A DNA stretch of 25,492 nt from Chthoniobacteraceae bacterium (GTDB lineage Bacteria; Verrucomicrobiota; Verrucomicrobiia; Chthoniobacterales; Chthoniobacteraceae), in assembly GCA_040081625.1 (NCBI GenBank), contig JBEBGD010000083.1:1-25492 (forward strand), in the 5' to 3' direction. The notes beneath the pieces were generated by a model. The model was not told the DNA's origin, searched no databases, and saw nothing but the letters and a program-made list of their open reading frames with translations. The translations under genes and the position numbers were made by a program. Positions 1-9,282 of the stretch are shown in pieces (the stretch's first letter is position 1; each line of letters begins with the position of its first letter).

Positions 1-2
1 TC

Positions 3-380
3 CTGGCGCGCTCCTCGCGTGTCGCGTCGGCCGAGGCGAGCGCGGGCGGATCCACGCAGGGCCACGACCACACGCGGCCGGGCGCCCCCGGCCCGGCGGA
101 GGCTGTCCACACGCAGACCGCGTCACCCATTGACCCAAACACGAACCAGAGATTGGAGGCCACCCCACTTCGAGAGGTTCGGGTTCGCGCGGTCCGCAAC
201 GGACACGAATACGGCTGGATCCAGCTCCCGCGCGGCACACGGGTCGAACTCGTCCGCGACGAAGGCCGCACGCTCGTGATCCGTTACGACGAAGTCTCGC
301 TGCGGATTCCGCGCACCGTCGCGGAAGCCGGCATGGTTGTGCCGGTGCGGCGCGATCAGCAGCCGCTCGCCGGGCTCTGA
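3..380 (+). CDS. Hypothetical protein, 5'-truncated by the window edge; low-complexity linker then a small beta-rich (possibly SH3-like) domain
   Basis: The frame of ORF 153..380 has no stop back to position 3 (LARSSRVASAEASAGG...NQRLEATPLREVRVRAVRNGHEYGWIQLPRGTRVELVRDEGRTLVIRY...). TGA stop at 378-380. Confidence 0.55.
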   Translation: MARSSRVASAEASAGGSTQGHDHTRPGAPGPAEAVHTQTASPIDPNTNQRLEATPLREVRVRAVRNGHEYGWIQLPRGTRVELVRDEGRTLVIRYDEVSLRIPRTVAEAGMVVPVRRDQQPLAGL

Positions 381-462
381 GCCATCGGCGGGGAAACCGC
401 CGCGGCGTGATCGTGCAAAACGGCGGCTTTCGCGCGCGGTCGATCCGGGGTTGTCTTGGATC

Positions 463-3324
463 ATGTCGTCGCCCCGCCTCACCTCGTTTGCACTAGCCGC
501 GCTCACCTGCGCCGCCGCCGCGATCGACGCGCCCGATTTCAACCGCGAGGTCCGGCCCATCCTCTCGCGCTACTGCTTCAAGTGCCACGGTCCCGACGAC
601 AAGGCGCGCAAAGGCGGGCTGCGCCTCGACCTGCGCGACTCCGCGACCAGGGAAGCGAAGTCCGGCGCGATCGCGATCATCCCCGGCAAGACCGACGAGA
701 GCGAACTGCACATCCGCATCTTCTCCACCGACAAGGACGACACGATGCCGCCGCCGGAAACGAAGACCGAGCTGAGCGCGGCGCAGAAAGACATCCTCAA
801 GCGATGGATCGCCGCCGGCGCGAGCTACGATCCGCACTGGGCGTTCGTCGCACCGCGGAAAGGCACGCTCAATTCCATCGACGCGTTCATCGACGCGCGG
901 CTCAGCGCCGCAGGGTTGAAACGCTCGCCGGAAGCCGATCGCGCCACGCTCATCCGGCGCGTGAGCTACGATCTCATCGGCCTCCCGCCGACGCCGGACG
1001 AAATCACCGCCTTCGAAACCGACGCCGCGCCCGACGCCTACGAGCGGCTCGTCGATCGCCTGCTCGCCTCGCCGCAATACGGCGAACGTTGGGCCCGCCG
1101 CTGGCTCGACCTCGCCCGCTACGCCGACACGAACGGATACGAGAAGGACCGTGAACGCTCGATCTGGCCGTATCGCGATTGGGTCGTGCGCGCGCTCAAT
1201 GCCGACATGCCGTTCGATCGATTCACCATCGAGCAGATCGCCGGCGACCTGCTGCCGGGCGCGACACTCGATCAAAAGATCGCCACCGGCTTTCACCGCA
1301 ACACGATGCTCAACGAGGAAGGCGGAATCGATCCGCTCGAGTTCCGCTATCACGCGATGACCGACCGCGTCGCCACCACCGGCGCCACGTGGCTCGGCCT
1401 CACGCTCGGCTGCGCGCAGTGCCACACGCACAAGTTCGATCCCATCCCGCACCGCGAGTATTTCGGCATCTTCGCGCTGCTCAATAACGCAGACGAACCC
1501 GAGCTCGACCTGCCGCCCGCCGACGCCGCGCAGCAGCAGCGCGACCGCGAAGCCCGCGCGCGGAAACTCATCGCCGAGCTTCCATTCGACGAGCAGGCCT
1601 ACGCCGCATGGCTCGCGAAGGAACGCGCCGCCGCCGTCGAATGGACGCCGCTCAAACCCGCGGCGATGAAGACGAATCTCCCGCTGCTCACCGTGCAGCC
1701 CGACCTCTCGATCTTCGGCAGCGGCGACACCGCGAAGGTCGATACCTACGAACTGCGCTTCGCTGGCGCACCGGCAAAGATCACCGCCATCCGGCTCGAG
1801 GCGCTGCCCGACGAGCGCCTGCCCGCGCACGGCCCCGGTTTGTGTTATTACGAAGGGCCGAAGGGCGACTTTTTTCTCGGCGAGTTCCAGGTCACCGCGG
1901 ACGGCCAGCGGGTGAAATTCGCACGCGCCACCGAGAGCTACGCGAACAACAACTTCGGCAAAAAGAAGGACACACCGGTCTCTGCCGAGGCCGCGACCGA
2001 CGGCGACCCGCAGACCGGCTGGAGCTGCGCCGACCGGCCCGGCGAGGCGCACGAAGCAGTCTTCGTCCCCGCGCAGCCGATCACCGCCGCGCAGCTCGAC
2101 GTGAAGATGCTCTTCGGCCGCCACTACACGTGCCCGCTCGGTCGCTTCCGCATCAGCGTCACCACCGACCCGCGCGGCGCCGAGGCGCGGGAGAATCTTT
2201 CGGAAGATCCGCGCGAGCGCTTCCTCCTCGCGACAAATCCAGACGCCGCGAAAGAAGTCCGCGCGCTGCGCCAGCCGCCGAAATACCAATCCACACTCGT
2301 GATGCGCGAACGTCCGCCCGAAAACCCGCGCCCGACCTTCCTCCACAATCGCGGCGAATATCTCCAGCCGACCGAGCGCGTGGAGCCGGCCGTGCTCTCC
2401 ATCCTCCATCCCCTCCCCGACGGTCCTCGCGATCGCCTCGCCCTCGCCCGCTGGCTCGTCGCGCGGGAAAACCCGCTCACCGCGCGCGTCACGGTCAACC
2501 GCGCATGGGCCGCGTTCTTCGGTCGCGGCATCGTGAATACCACCGACGACTTCGGTTACCAGGGCGAGCCGCCCACGCACCCGGAGTTGCTCGATTGGCT
2601 CGCCATCGGGTTCATGGAAAGCGGCTGGTCGCGGAAGAAACTCCACCGCCTCATCGTCACCAGCGCGACCTACCGGCAGTCCTCACAGTGGAACGCGAAT
2701 GACCCGCAGAACACTCTCCTCTCCCGCTTCCCCCGCACCCGCCTCGACGCGGAGCTGATCCGCGATGGCACGCTCCGCGCCGCCGGCTTGCTCTCGCAGA
2801 AAATGGGAGGCGCACCGGTGAAGCCGCCGCAACCCGAAGGCGTGAGCGAAGTCGCCTACGGCAGCCCGAAGTGGCAGCCGAGCGCCGGCGAAGACCGTCA
2901 CCGCCGCAGCCTCTACACCTTCATCAAACGCACCGCGCCCTTCGCGCTCTACAACACCTTCGACGCGCCGACCGGCGAGGCGTGCATTCCGCGCCGCGAC
3001 ATCTCGAACACCCCGCTTCAAGCACTCACGCTGCTCAACGACATCGTCTTCATCGAAGCCGCGCAGTCGCTCGGCAAGGCGCTCGTCTTCACCCCCGGCG
3101 ACGACGACGCAAAGCTCACGCTCGCCTACCGCCGCGTCCTCTCGCGCAACCCGCGTCCCGACGAGTTGCCCGCCCTGCGCGAGTTCGTGAAAACGCAGCG
3201 CGCCCGCTTCACCAGCGGCGAGCTCGACGCAAAAACCTTCGCCGGCGCAGACGCGGAGACCGCCGCCTGGACCGCGCTTGCCCGCGCGCTTTTCAACCTC
3301 GACGAAGCCATCACCAAATCATGA
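463..3324 (+). CDS. Planctomycete cytochrome c domain protein with DUF1549 (PSCyt2) and DUF1553 (PSD1)
   Basis: ATG 463 begins a signal peptide ([20 protein letters not shown]). Motifs: [19 protein letters not shown] heme site, [28 protein letters not shown], second CxxCH ([11 protein letters not shown]), [34 protein letters not shown]. About 953 aa. Confidence 0.92.
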   Translation: MSSPRLTSFALAALTCAAAAIDAPDFNREVRPILSRYCFKCHGPDDKARKGGLRLDLRDSATREAKSGAIAIIPGKTDESELHIRIFSTDKDDTMPPPETKTELSAAQKDILKRWIAAGASYDPHWAFVAPRKGTLNSIDAFIDARLSAAGLKRSPEADRATLIRRVSYDLIGLPPTPDEITAFETDAAPDAYERLVDRLLASPQYGERWARRWLDLARYADTNGYEKDRERSIWPYRDWVVRALNADMPFDRFTIEQIAGDLLPGATLDQKIATGFHRNTMLNEEGGIDPLEFRYHAMTDRVATTGATWLGLTLGCAQCHTHKFDPIPHREYFGIFALLNNADEPELDLPPADAAQQQRDREARARKLIAELPFDEQAYAAWLAKERAAAVEWTPLKPAAMKTNLPLLTVQPDLSIFGSGDTAKVDTYELRFAGAPAKITAIRLEALPDERLPAHGPGLCYYEGPKGDFFLGEFQVTADGQRVKFARATESYANNNFGKKKDTPVSAEAATDGDPQTGWSCADRPGEAHEAVFVPAQPITAAQLDVKMLFGRHYTCPLGRFRISVTTDPRGAEARENLSEDPRERFLLATNPDAAKEVRALRQPPKYQSTLVMRERPPENPRPTFLHNRGEYLQPTERVEPAVLSILHPLPDGPRDRLALARWLVARENPLTARVTVNRAWAAFFGRGIVNTTDDFGYQGEPPTHPELLDWLAIGFMESGWSRKKLHRLIVTSATYRQSSQWNANDPQNTLLSRFPRTRLDAELIRDGTLRAAGLLSQKMGGAPVKPPQPEGVSEVAYGSPKWQPSAGEDRHRRSLYTFIKRTAPFALYNTFDAPTGEACIPRRDISNTPLQALTLLNDIVFIEAAQSLGKALVFTPGDDDAKLTLAYRRVLSRNPRPDELPALREFVKTQRARFTSGELDAKTFAGADAETAAWTALARALFNLDEAITKS

Positions 3325-4721
3325 GCCCCTTCATCGCCCGTCGTCACTTCCTCCGCGACTGCGGCATCGGCCTCGGCAAGATCTCTCTCGCGACGCTGCT
3401 CACCGACGCGTTTGCGGCGTCCGATCCGCTCGCGCTCAAACGCCCGCATTTCACGCCGAAGGCGAAGCGCGTGATCCACCTCTTCATGGCGGGCGCGCCG
3501 TCGCATCTCGATCTTTTCGATTTCAAGCCGGAGCTGGCGAAGCTCGAGGGGAAGCCGCTGCCGCCGTCGGTCATCGGCGGGCAGCGTTACGCGTTCATCC
3601 GCCCGGACGCCGCGGTGATGGGACCGCGGTTCAAGTTCGCGAAGCACGGCCAGTGCGGCGCGGAGTTGTCCGAGGTGCTGCCGAATCTCGCGCGCATCGT
3701 GGACGACATCACGCTCATCAAGTCGGTGAAGACCGATCAATTCAACCACGCGCCCGCGCAGATTTTTTTCAACACGGGCTTCTCGCAGCCGGGCCGGCCG
3801 TGCCTCGGCTCGTGGGCGCTCTACGGGCTCGGCGCGGAGACGCAGGATCTGCCGGCATTCGTGGTGATGAGCACCGGCAACGGCCTCAGCGGCGGCGCGG
3901 CGCTGTGGTCGAGCGGGTTCCTGCCGACGGTTTTCACGGGCACGGTCTTTCGCGGAAAGGGCGAGCCGATCCTCAACGTGACCAGCCCCGCCGGCGTGGA
4001 CGCAAAGCTCCAGCGCGACACGCTCGACCTCGTCGGCACGCTCAACCGCCAGCAACTCGCCACCGTCGGCGACCCGGAGATCGCGACGCGGCTCGCGAAC
4101 TACGAAATGGCCTTCCGCCTGCAAACGAGCGCGCCGGAGTTGATGGATCTGCGGAGCGAATCGCAGGCAACGCTCGATCTTTACGGCTGCAAACCGGACG
4201 AACCGAGCTATGCGCGCGCATGCCTGCTCGCCCGGCGGATGATCGAGCGCGGCGTGCGCTTCGTGAACATCTACATCGAAGGCTGGGACGCTCACACGAA
4301 CCTCGTCGGCAATCACACCGCGAACTGCAAGAAGACCGATCAGGCCAGCGCGGCGCTCGTGCTCGACTTGAAACAGCGCGGCCTGCTCGACGACACGCTC
4401 GTGATCTGGGGCGGCGAGTTCGGGCGCACACCGATGATCGAGACGAATCCCGCGCTCGGTCGCTCGATGGGGCGCGATCATCATCCGCAGGCGTTCACGA
4501 TGTGGATGGCCGGCGGCGGCATCCGCGGCGGAGTCACGCACGGCGCGACGGACGAGATGGGTTTTCACATCGTGCAAAATCCCGTCCACGTTCACGACGT
4601 GCAGGCGACGATCCTGCACTGCCTCGGCTTCGATCACGAGCGGCTCACGTATCACTACGCCGGCCGCGACTTCCGGCTCACCGACGTGCATGGGCACGTG
4701 GTGAAGGAGATCCTCGCCTGA
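3321..4721 (+). CDS. DUF1501 domain protein (sulfatase-like fold, Tat-exported)
   Basis: ATGA overlap with the upstream stop. Twin-arginine ARRHFL signal. Motifs AKRVIHLFMAGAPSHLDLFDFKP, CLLARRMIERGVRFV, WDAH, TLVIWGGEFGRTP, GRDHHP, FRLTDVHG. This is the usual partner of DUF1549/1553 genes. Confidence 0.92.
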   Translation: MSPFIARRHFLRDCGIGLGKISLATLLTDAFAASDPLALKRPHFTPKAKRVIHLFMAGAPSHLDLFDFKPELAKLEGKPLPPSVIGGQRYAFIRPDAAVMGPRFKFAKHGQCGAELSEVLPNLARIVDDITLIKSVKTDQFNHAPAQIFFNTGFSQPGRPCLGSWALYGLGAETQDLPAFVVMSTGNGLSGGAALWSSGFLPTVFTGTVFRGKGEPILNVTSPAGVDAKLQRDTLDLVGTLNRQQLATVGDPEIATRLANYEMAFRLQTSAPELMDLRSESQATLDLYGCKPDEPSYARACLLARRMIERGVRFVNIYIEGWDAHTNLVGNHTANCKKTDQASAALVLDLKQRGLLDDTLVIWGGEFGRTPMIETNPALGRSMGRDHHPQAFTMWMAGGGIRGGVTHGATDEMGFHIVQNPVHVHDVQATILHCLGFDHERLTYHYAGRDFRLTDVHGHVVKEILA

Positions 4722-4761
4722 GCGCTTGCCATCGCACCACCGCGCGGCGAACGCTGGCCGC

Positions 4762-5124
4762 ATGTTCGATTCCTTCATCCTCGCCGTTACCGCCTTCGGC
4801 AAAGAAACCCGCTTCCTCGGCCTCGACTGGAGCTGGCTCATGCTCATCGGGCTCGCGGGAAACATGATCTTCTCGATGCGCTTCCTCGTGCAGTGGATCG
4901 AGTCGGAGAAGCGCGGCGAGAGCGTCATCCCGATCTCATTCTGGTATTGGAGCATCGCGGGCAGCGCCGTGATGGCGCTCTATTTCATCTTCCGGCGCGA
5001 CCCGATCGGCATCCTCGGCTACCTCCCAAACACCTTCATCTACGTGCGCAACCTGCGGCTCATCCGGAAGAAGAAGCTCGCGCTGACCGCAGCCGCTCCG
5101 TCGCAGACTCCGATCGAGTCGTAA
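4762..5124 (+). CDS. Stand-alone lipid-A-disaccharide synthase N-terminal (LAB_N) domain membrane protein
   Basis: IGLAGNMIFSMRFLVQWIESEKRGESVIPISFWYWSIAGS...YFIFRRDPIGILG...IYVRNL matches the LAB_N pattern. About three hydrophobic segments, 120 aa from ATG 4762. Confidence 0.88.
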   Translation: MFDSFILAVTAFGKETRFLGLDWSWLMLIGLAGNMIFSMRFLVQWIESEKRGESVIPISFWYWSIAGSAVMALYFIFRRDPIGILGYLPNTFIYVRNLRLIRKKKLALTAAAPSQTPIES

Positions 5125-5187
5125 CGCATCGGCAAGATTTTGCTGTCAGGGAAGGCCTTCGATTTGCTACAAGCGCGCTCCCAACCC

Positions 5188-6462
5188 ATGAAAGCTCGCA
5201 TCTCCATCCTCCTCCTGCTGGCGGCATTTCCGTCCAGCGTCTTCGCACTTGGCTTCCGTCTGGTCGATCACGGCGCGGAAGCCATGGCCCGTGCCGGCGC
5301 CTTCGTGGCGACGGCAGACAACCCCTCGGCGCTCTACTACAACCAGGCCGGCATCACGCAGCTCGACGGCTTCGGCGTGCTCGTGAACACCTACGGCATC
5401 GGCTTCGAATCGACCGTCGATTCACACGTGCCGGGGCCGGACCTCGACTCGAAGTTCGGCATCGATGTGCTCGGCGACGCGTTCTTCACGTGGAAGCGAA
5501 AGGATCAACCGGTCGCGCTCGGGCTCGGCTTTTATTCGCCGTTCGGACTCGGCTACGAATTTCCCGACGACGCGGCCTTCCGCACGATCGGGAAGAAGGG
5601 AAAGATCCAGATGTTCACCGCGAACCCGGTCATCGCCCTGCAGGTCACCAGGCAGCTCTCGCTCGCCGTGGGCATGAGCATCAACTACTCGCGCGCCAAG
5701 CTCACGCGCGGGATCGTTACGCCCGGCGATGAGTTCAGCGTGGAAGGCGCGGGCGTCGGCTACGGCGTCACCGCAGGCCTGCTCTGGCAGCCCGCGAAGC
5801 AGCACTCGTTCGGCGTGCAGTATTTCGGGCCGATCGATGTCACCTACTCCGGCCACGCCCGCACACGCATCCCCGGTTTCACCGCGCAAGTGCCGGTCGC
5901 GCCCGGCATCACGATTCCCTTCGACGTGCCGCGGCTCGAAAATGAAGAGGACGCGGACATCAAGATTCAGTTCCCGCAGACGATCACCGCCGGCTACTCG
6001 TTCCGCCCGACCGACGACTGGAACTTCGAAGTCGATGTCTCGTGGACCGACTGGGACAGCCTAAATTCGCCCACACTGCACCTGAGCGAAAATCTCGACG
6101 CACCGGTCGTCTTTAATTTCCGCTCAAGCTTCATCTACGAATTCGGCGTCACCAGGAAATTCGCCAACGGCTGGAGCGCGAGCGCCGGCTACCTGTATTC
6201 GGAAAACTCCGTCCCGAACGAAAGCTTCGGCCCGCTCATCCCCGACTCGGACCGCCACGTCTTCAGCATCGGCGTGGGCCGCACCTACGAGCACTGGAAC
6301 TGGTATCTCGGCTACCAATACGCCTACGGCCCGCACCGCAACATCTCGCGCGCGCCGCTCCTCGGCGAGGGCAGTTTCGGCGACCGTCCGCGCAGCCTCG
6401 CCGACGGCAACTATCGCTTCCAAGCGCATGCGTTCAGCCTCTCGATGGGCTATTCGTTCTAA
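5188..6462 (+). CDS. OmpP1/FadL/TodX-family outer-membrane transport protein
   Basis: Signal peptide ending in VFA. Hatch segment GFRLVDHGAEAMARAGAFVATADNPSALYYNQAG, then YSPFGL, WTDW, IPDSDR and a terminal Phe (MGYSF), typical of beta-barrels. Confidence 0.88.
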   Translation: MKARISILLLLAAFPSSVFALGFRLVDHGAEAMARAGAFVATADNPSALYYNQAGITQLDGFGVLVNTYGIGFESTVDSHVPGPDLDSKFGIDVLGDAFFTWKRKDQPVALGLGFYSPFGLGYEFPDDAAFRTIGKKGKIQMFTANPVIALQVTRQLSLAVGMSINYSRAKLTRGIVTPGDEFSVEGAGVGYGVTAGLLWQPAKQHSFGVQYFGPIDVTYSGHARTRIPGFTAQVPVAPGITIPFDVPRLENEEDADIKIQFPQTITAGYSFRPTDDWNFEVDVSWTDWDSLNSPTLHLSENLDAPVVFNFRSSFIYEFGVTRKFANGWSASAGYLYSENSVPNESFGPLIPDSDRHVFSIGVGRTYEHWNWYLGYQYAYGPHRNISRAPLLGEGSFGDRPRSLADGNYRFQAHAFSLSMGYSF

Positions 6463-6465
6463 AGT

Positions 6466-6828
6466 GTGATCAAATTCTTCTTCGTCCTACGTCGCCGCGC
6501 GGACGTCGCGCCGGAAAAGTTTCACGAATACTGGCGCCAGACCCATGGCCCCATCGTCGCGAAGCTGCCGGGCCTCGTGCGCTACGTGCAGCATCACGTC
6601 GTCAGCGTGCCGCGCCCGGAATACGCGCAGGATGACCCGCCCATCGACGGCATCGTCGAGACGTGGTGGGAATCGCCCGAGGCGCTCGAGCGCGTGCAGC
6701 AGAGCCCGGAGCTGGCGTCGGTCGTTTCCGACGAGGTCAATTTCATGGGCCACTCCAACCGCAACGTCCACACGCTCATGGTGACCGAGAGCGTCGAGTT
6801 CGTCGCCGACGGCAAACCCACCGGCTGA
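6466..6828 (+). CDS. EthD-family (dimeric alpha/beta barrel) protein
   Basis: GTG start 3 nt after the FadL-family stop. Pattern LRRRAD...EKFHEYWRQTHGPIVAKLPGLVRYVQ...DGIVETWWES...DEVNF. Confidence 0.85.
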   Translation: MIKFFFVLRRRADVAPEKFHEYWRQTHGPIVAKLPGLVRYVQHHVVSVPRPEYAQDDPPIDGIVETWWESPEALERVQQSPELASVVSDEVNFMGHSNRNVHTLMVTESVEFVADGKPTG

Positions 6829-6839
6829 TCCCTCATACC

Positions 6840-8069
6840 GTGCCGGAACCCGCCGCCGACCCCCGCCCCACGCTGCTCATCTGCGACGACGAGGAAGGTC
6901 CGCGCCAGTCGCTGCGCATCGTCTTTAAGAACGACTACCGCGTCCTCGTCGCCAGCAACGGCGAAGAAGCCATCGCCTTCGCGAAGACCGAAGCGATCGA
7001 CGTCGCGGTGCTCGACATCCTCATGCAAGGCATGTCCGGCGTCGATGTGCTGCGCGCACTCAAGGCCCGTGACCCCGCGATCGAAGTCGTCATGCTCACC
7101 GCCTACGAGACCCTCGAGACCGCGCGCCAGGCGCTCCGGCTCGGCGCGTGCGATTACCTCAACAAACCTTTCGACATCCCCACGATGCGCGAAGCCGTGC
7201 TCAAGGCGCTCGCCAAGCGCCGGGAAGCACAGGCTTTCCATGGCACCACCGCGGAGCTGGCCGCGCTGCAGCAGAAGATCACCGAGCATCGCGAACTCGA
7301 GGAAATGGCGCGCACCAAGGGCGAGATCTACGCGAGCGTCCTCCACGATCTCAACAGCCCGCTCACCGTCATCAGCGGCTTCGTCGAGCTGATCAACCGC
7401 TCCATGCAGACCGCCGCCCGCGTCGAGGGCGAACAGCTCGACCTCCTGCGCGACGACCTCAACCGCGTTCATGACGAAGTCGCGCGCTGCTTCGAGATCT
7501 CGCGCCGCTACCTCAGCTTCCTCACCGCGCAGCGCGTCGAAAACACCTACATCAGCGTCGGCCAGATGCTCGCCGATTTGCGCGACCTGCTCGCCCGCCA
7601 CCCGACCGCCAAGGGCCACCGGCTCGACATCCAGGAACTACAGCCCGATGCCGTCGCGGAGATCAACGGCACCGACTTCCTGCAAATCCTGCTCAACCTC
7701 ACGATCAACGCGCTCCAATCGAGCGACCAGCCGCACCGTGTGGAAATCCAGGCGCGCCACATCGAGCGGCCGCTCACCCTCGACTCCGTGCCGGATGGAA
7801 CCGAGCAGCGCTTCATCAATCGCGAAGGCTTCCGCAACGAAGCCCCGCTTATCGCGATCAGCGTCGCCGACAACGGCCCCGGCATCCCGCCGGAAAACGT
7901 CGTGAAAATGTTTCGCGAGCGCTTCACGACCAAGCCGGTCGAGCAAGGCACCGGCCTCGGCCTGAGCATCGTGCGCCGCCTCGTGGAGGAAGCCGGAGCG
8001 GGCCTGCACCTGCGCACCAAGTCCGGCCACGGTGCGACCTTCACGCTGCTCCTGCGCGCCCGGCCCTAG
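6840..8069 (+). CDS. Hybrid response regulator / histidine kinase (REC-HisKA-HATPase_c) with no sensor or transmembrane domain
   Basis: REC: LLICDDE, VLDILMQGMSG, MLTAY, DYLNKPF. H-box VLHDLNSPLTVI, N-box LQILLNLTINA, G1 VADNGPGI, F-box FTTK, G2 GTGLGLSIV. Start taken as GTG 6840. Confidence 0.9.
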   Translation: MPEPAADPRPTLLICDDEEGPRQSLRIVFKNDYRVLVASNGEEAIAFAKTEAIDVAVLDILMQGMSGVDVLRALKARDPAIEVVMLTAYETLETARQALRLGACDYLNKPFDIPTMREAVLKALAKRREAQAFHGTTAELAALQQKITEHRELEEMARTKGEIYASVLHDLNSPLTVISGFVELINRSMQTAARVEGEQLDLLRDDLNRVHDEVARCFEISRRYLSFLTAQRVENTYISVGQMLADLRDLLARHPTAKGHRLDIQELQPDAVAEINGTDFLQILLNLTINALQSSDQPHRVEIQARHIERPLTLDSVPDGTEQRFINREGFRNEAPLIAISVADNGPGIPPENVVKMFRERFTTKPVEQGTGLGLSIVRRLVEEAGAGLHLRTKSGHGATFTLLLRARP

Positions 8070-9195
8070 CGCACGCCTCCGCATAGTTCGCCTCGAGCCG
8101 GCGCGTCTGCGCGACCAGGTCGAACTCATCGCCCACCCGCTTCGCCGCCGCGGCGCTCATCCTCGCAAACCATTCCGGGCTGCCCGCGAGTCCGAGCATC
8201 TGCTCCGCGAGTGCATCCGCGTCGCGCTCCGGCACGAGCAGGCCGCTGACGCCGTGCTCGACCGCCTCCGGGATGCCGCCGTGGTGCGTCGCGCACACCG
8301 GCAGTCCGCTGGCCATCGCCTCGAGCATCGCGTTCGGCACGCCCTCCTGGTCGCCGTCGGCGCCGACTTCGCTCGGGTGGAGGAAAAGGTGCGCGTCCGC
8401 TTCGAGTCGGCGCAGCTCGGCCTGCGGCACGAAGCCGGCGAAACGCACGCGCCCGGCGATTCCCAGCTCCCCCGCCAGCCGCTCGAGCGCCTCGCGCTGC
8501 GGACCTTCGCCGGCGATCGTGAAACGTGCGTGCGGCCATCGACCAGCGAACTTTTCAAACGCACGCAGGCTTGTGGCCAGTCCCTTCTTCGGGATCAAGC
8601 GGCACGTTTGCAGGCATTGCCACGAGCCATCCGCCGGCGCGGACCGCTCGAAGAACGAGATCTGGTCCAGCGGCACACCCGTGCGCTGGACCCGGATCTT
8701 CTCCCGCGGCGCGCCATGCGCGACCAGCCGCTCCGCGAGCGACTCGCTGCGCACGAGCAGCAGCGTCGCGAGCGAAAACACCCGCTCCATCCCCGCGCGA
8801 TCCCAGCCGACACCCGCATCCGCGCCATGAAAGGAAACGATGACCGGCAGGTTCGCGATCTCCAGCAGCGGAAGCAGATGCACTCCGATGTGGCCGAACC
8901 AGACGTGCAGCACGCGCGCCTCAGCCCGGCGCAACGCCGCGAGCGTGCGCTGCGCTTCGCTGCGATAGATCGTGATCGGCCGGCGCAGGATCGTCTTCTG
9001 CCACAACCGCCGGAGCTGATGCGACCACGGCTTCGGCAGCACCACGAGTGAGTCGAACGGAAACTCCACGACATTCTCGCGCCGCTGGCAGAACACGACC
9101 GGTCGCCACGCGTTCAGCGCGGTGATCTGCCGATAGACGTGGAGCATCTCCGGCTTCAGGAACGTGACGACGTATTGGGCGGCTACGGGGAGCAC
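8041..9195 (-). CDS. Glycosyltransferase family 4 (GT-B, WcaL-like)
   Basis: SFHGAD, RLIPKKGL, IAGEGP, GDQEGVPNAMLEAMASGLPVCATHHGGIPEAVEHGVSGLLVPERD (EX7E motif). The 3' end overlaps the convergent kinase gene by 29 nt. Confidence 0.92.
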   Translation of the reverse strand: MLPVAAQYVVTFLKPEMLHVYRQITALNAWRPVVFCQRRENVVEFPFDSLVVLPKPWSHQLRRLWQKTILRRPITIYRSEAQRTLAALRRAEARVLHVWFGHIGVHLLPLLEIANLPVIVSFHGADAGVGWDRAGMERVFSLATLLLVRSESLAERLVAHGAPREKIRVQRTGVPLDQISFFERSAPADGSWQCLQTCRLIPKKGLATSLRAFEKFAGRWPHARFTIAGEGPQREALERLAGELGIAGRVRFAGFVPQAELRRLEADAHLFLHPSEVGADGDQEGVPNAMLEAMASGLPVCATHHGGIPEAVEHGVSGLLVPERDADALAEQMLGLAGSPEWFARMSAAAAKRVGDEFDLVAQTRRLEANYAEACARAGRAGAA

Positions 9196-9200
9196 GGGGA

Positions 9201-9272
9201 CAGTGATCGGTGATCGGCGATCAGTGATCAGTAAAAATATCGCGCGCCCGCTGACTACTGATTACTGATCGC
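9201..9272. repeat. Tandem heptamer repeat with an inverted copy, forming a 17-bp stem-loop in a divergent intergenic region
   Basis: Units CAGTGAT, CGGTGAT, CGGCGAT, CAGTGAT, CAGTAAA (9201-9235) and the complementary CTGACTA, CTGATTA, CTGATCG (9251-9271). 9217-9233 pairs with 9256-9272 with one G-T wobble. Confidence 0.8.
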
Positions 9273-9282
9273 TCCCTTGCAA

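Noticed and set aside
2871..3320. N-terminal extensions in the ORF track (DUF1501; similarly 337-462, 6663-6839, 15805-15843, 18828-18881)
   Set aside because: Signal peptides, domain starts and ATGA overlaps point to the later start codons.
493..4955. Long antisense and alternate-frame ORFs (493..2646-, 3126..4955-, 3278..4867+; likewise 13376..15568- and 21050..22339-)
   Set aside because: These are shadows of real high-GC genes. They show no family motifs, many are Arg/Ala/Gly-rich, and they overlap well-supported CDSs.
8041..8069. 29-nt convergent overlap of the kinase and glycosyltransferase genes
   Set aside because: Only a low-complexity tail is involved. This is common in compact high-GC genomes and both domains are complete.
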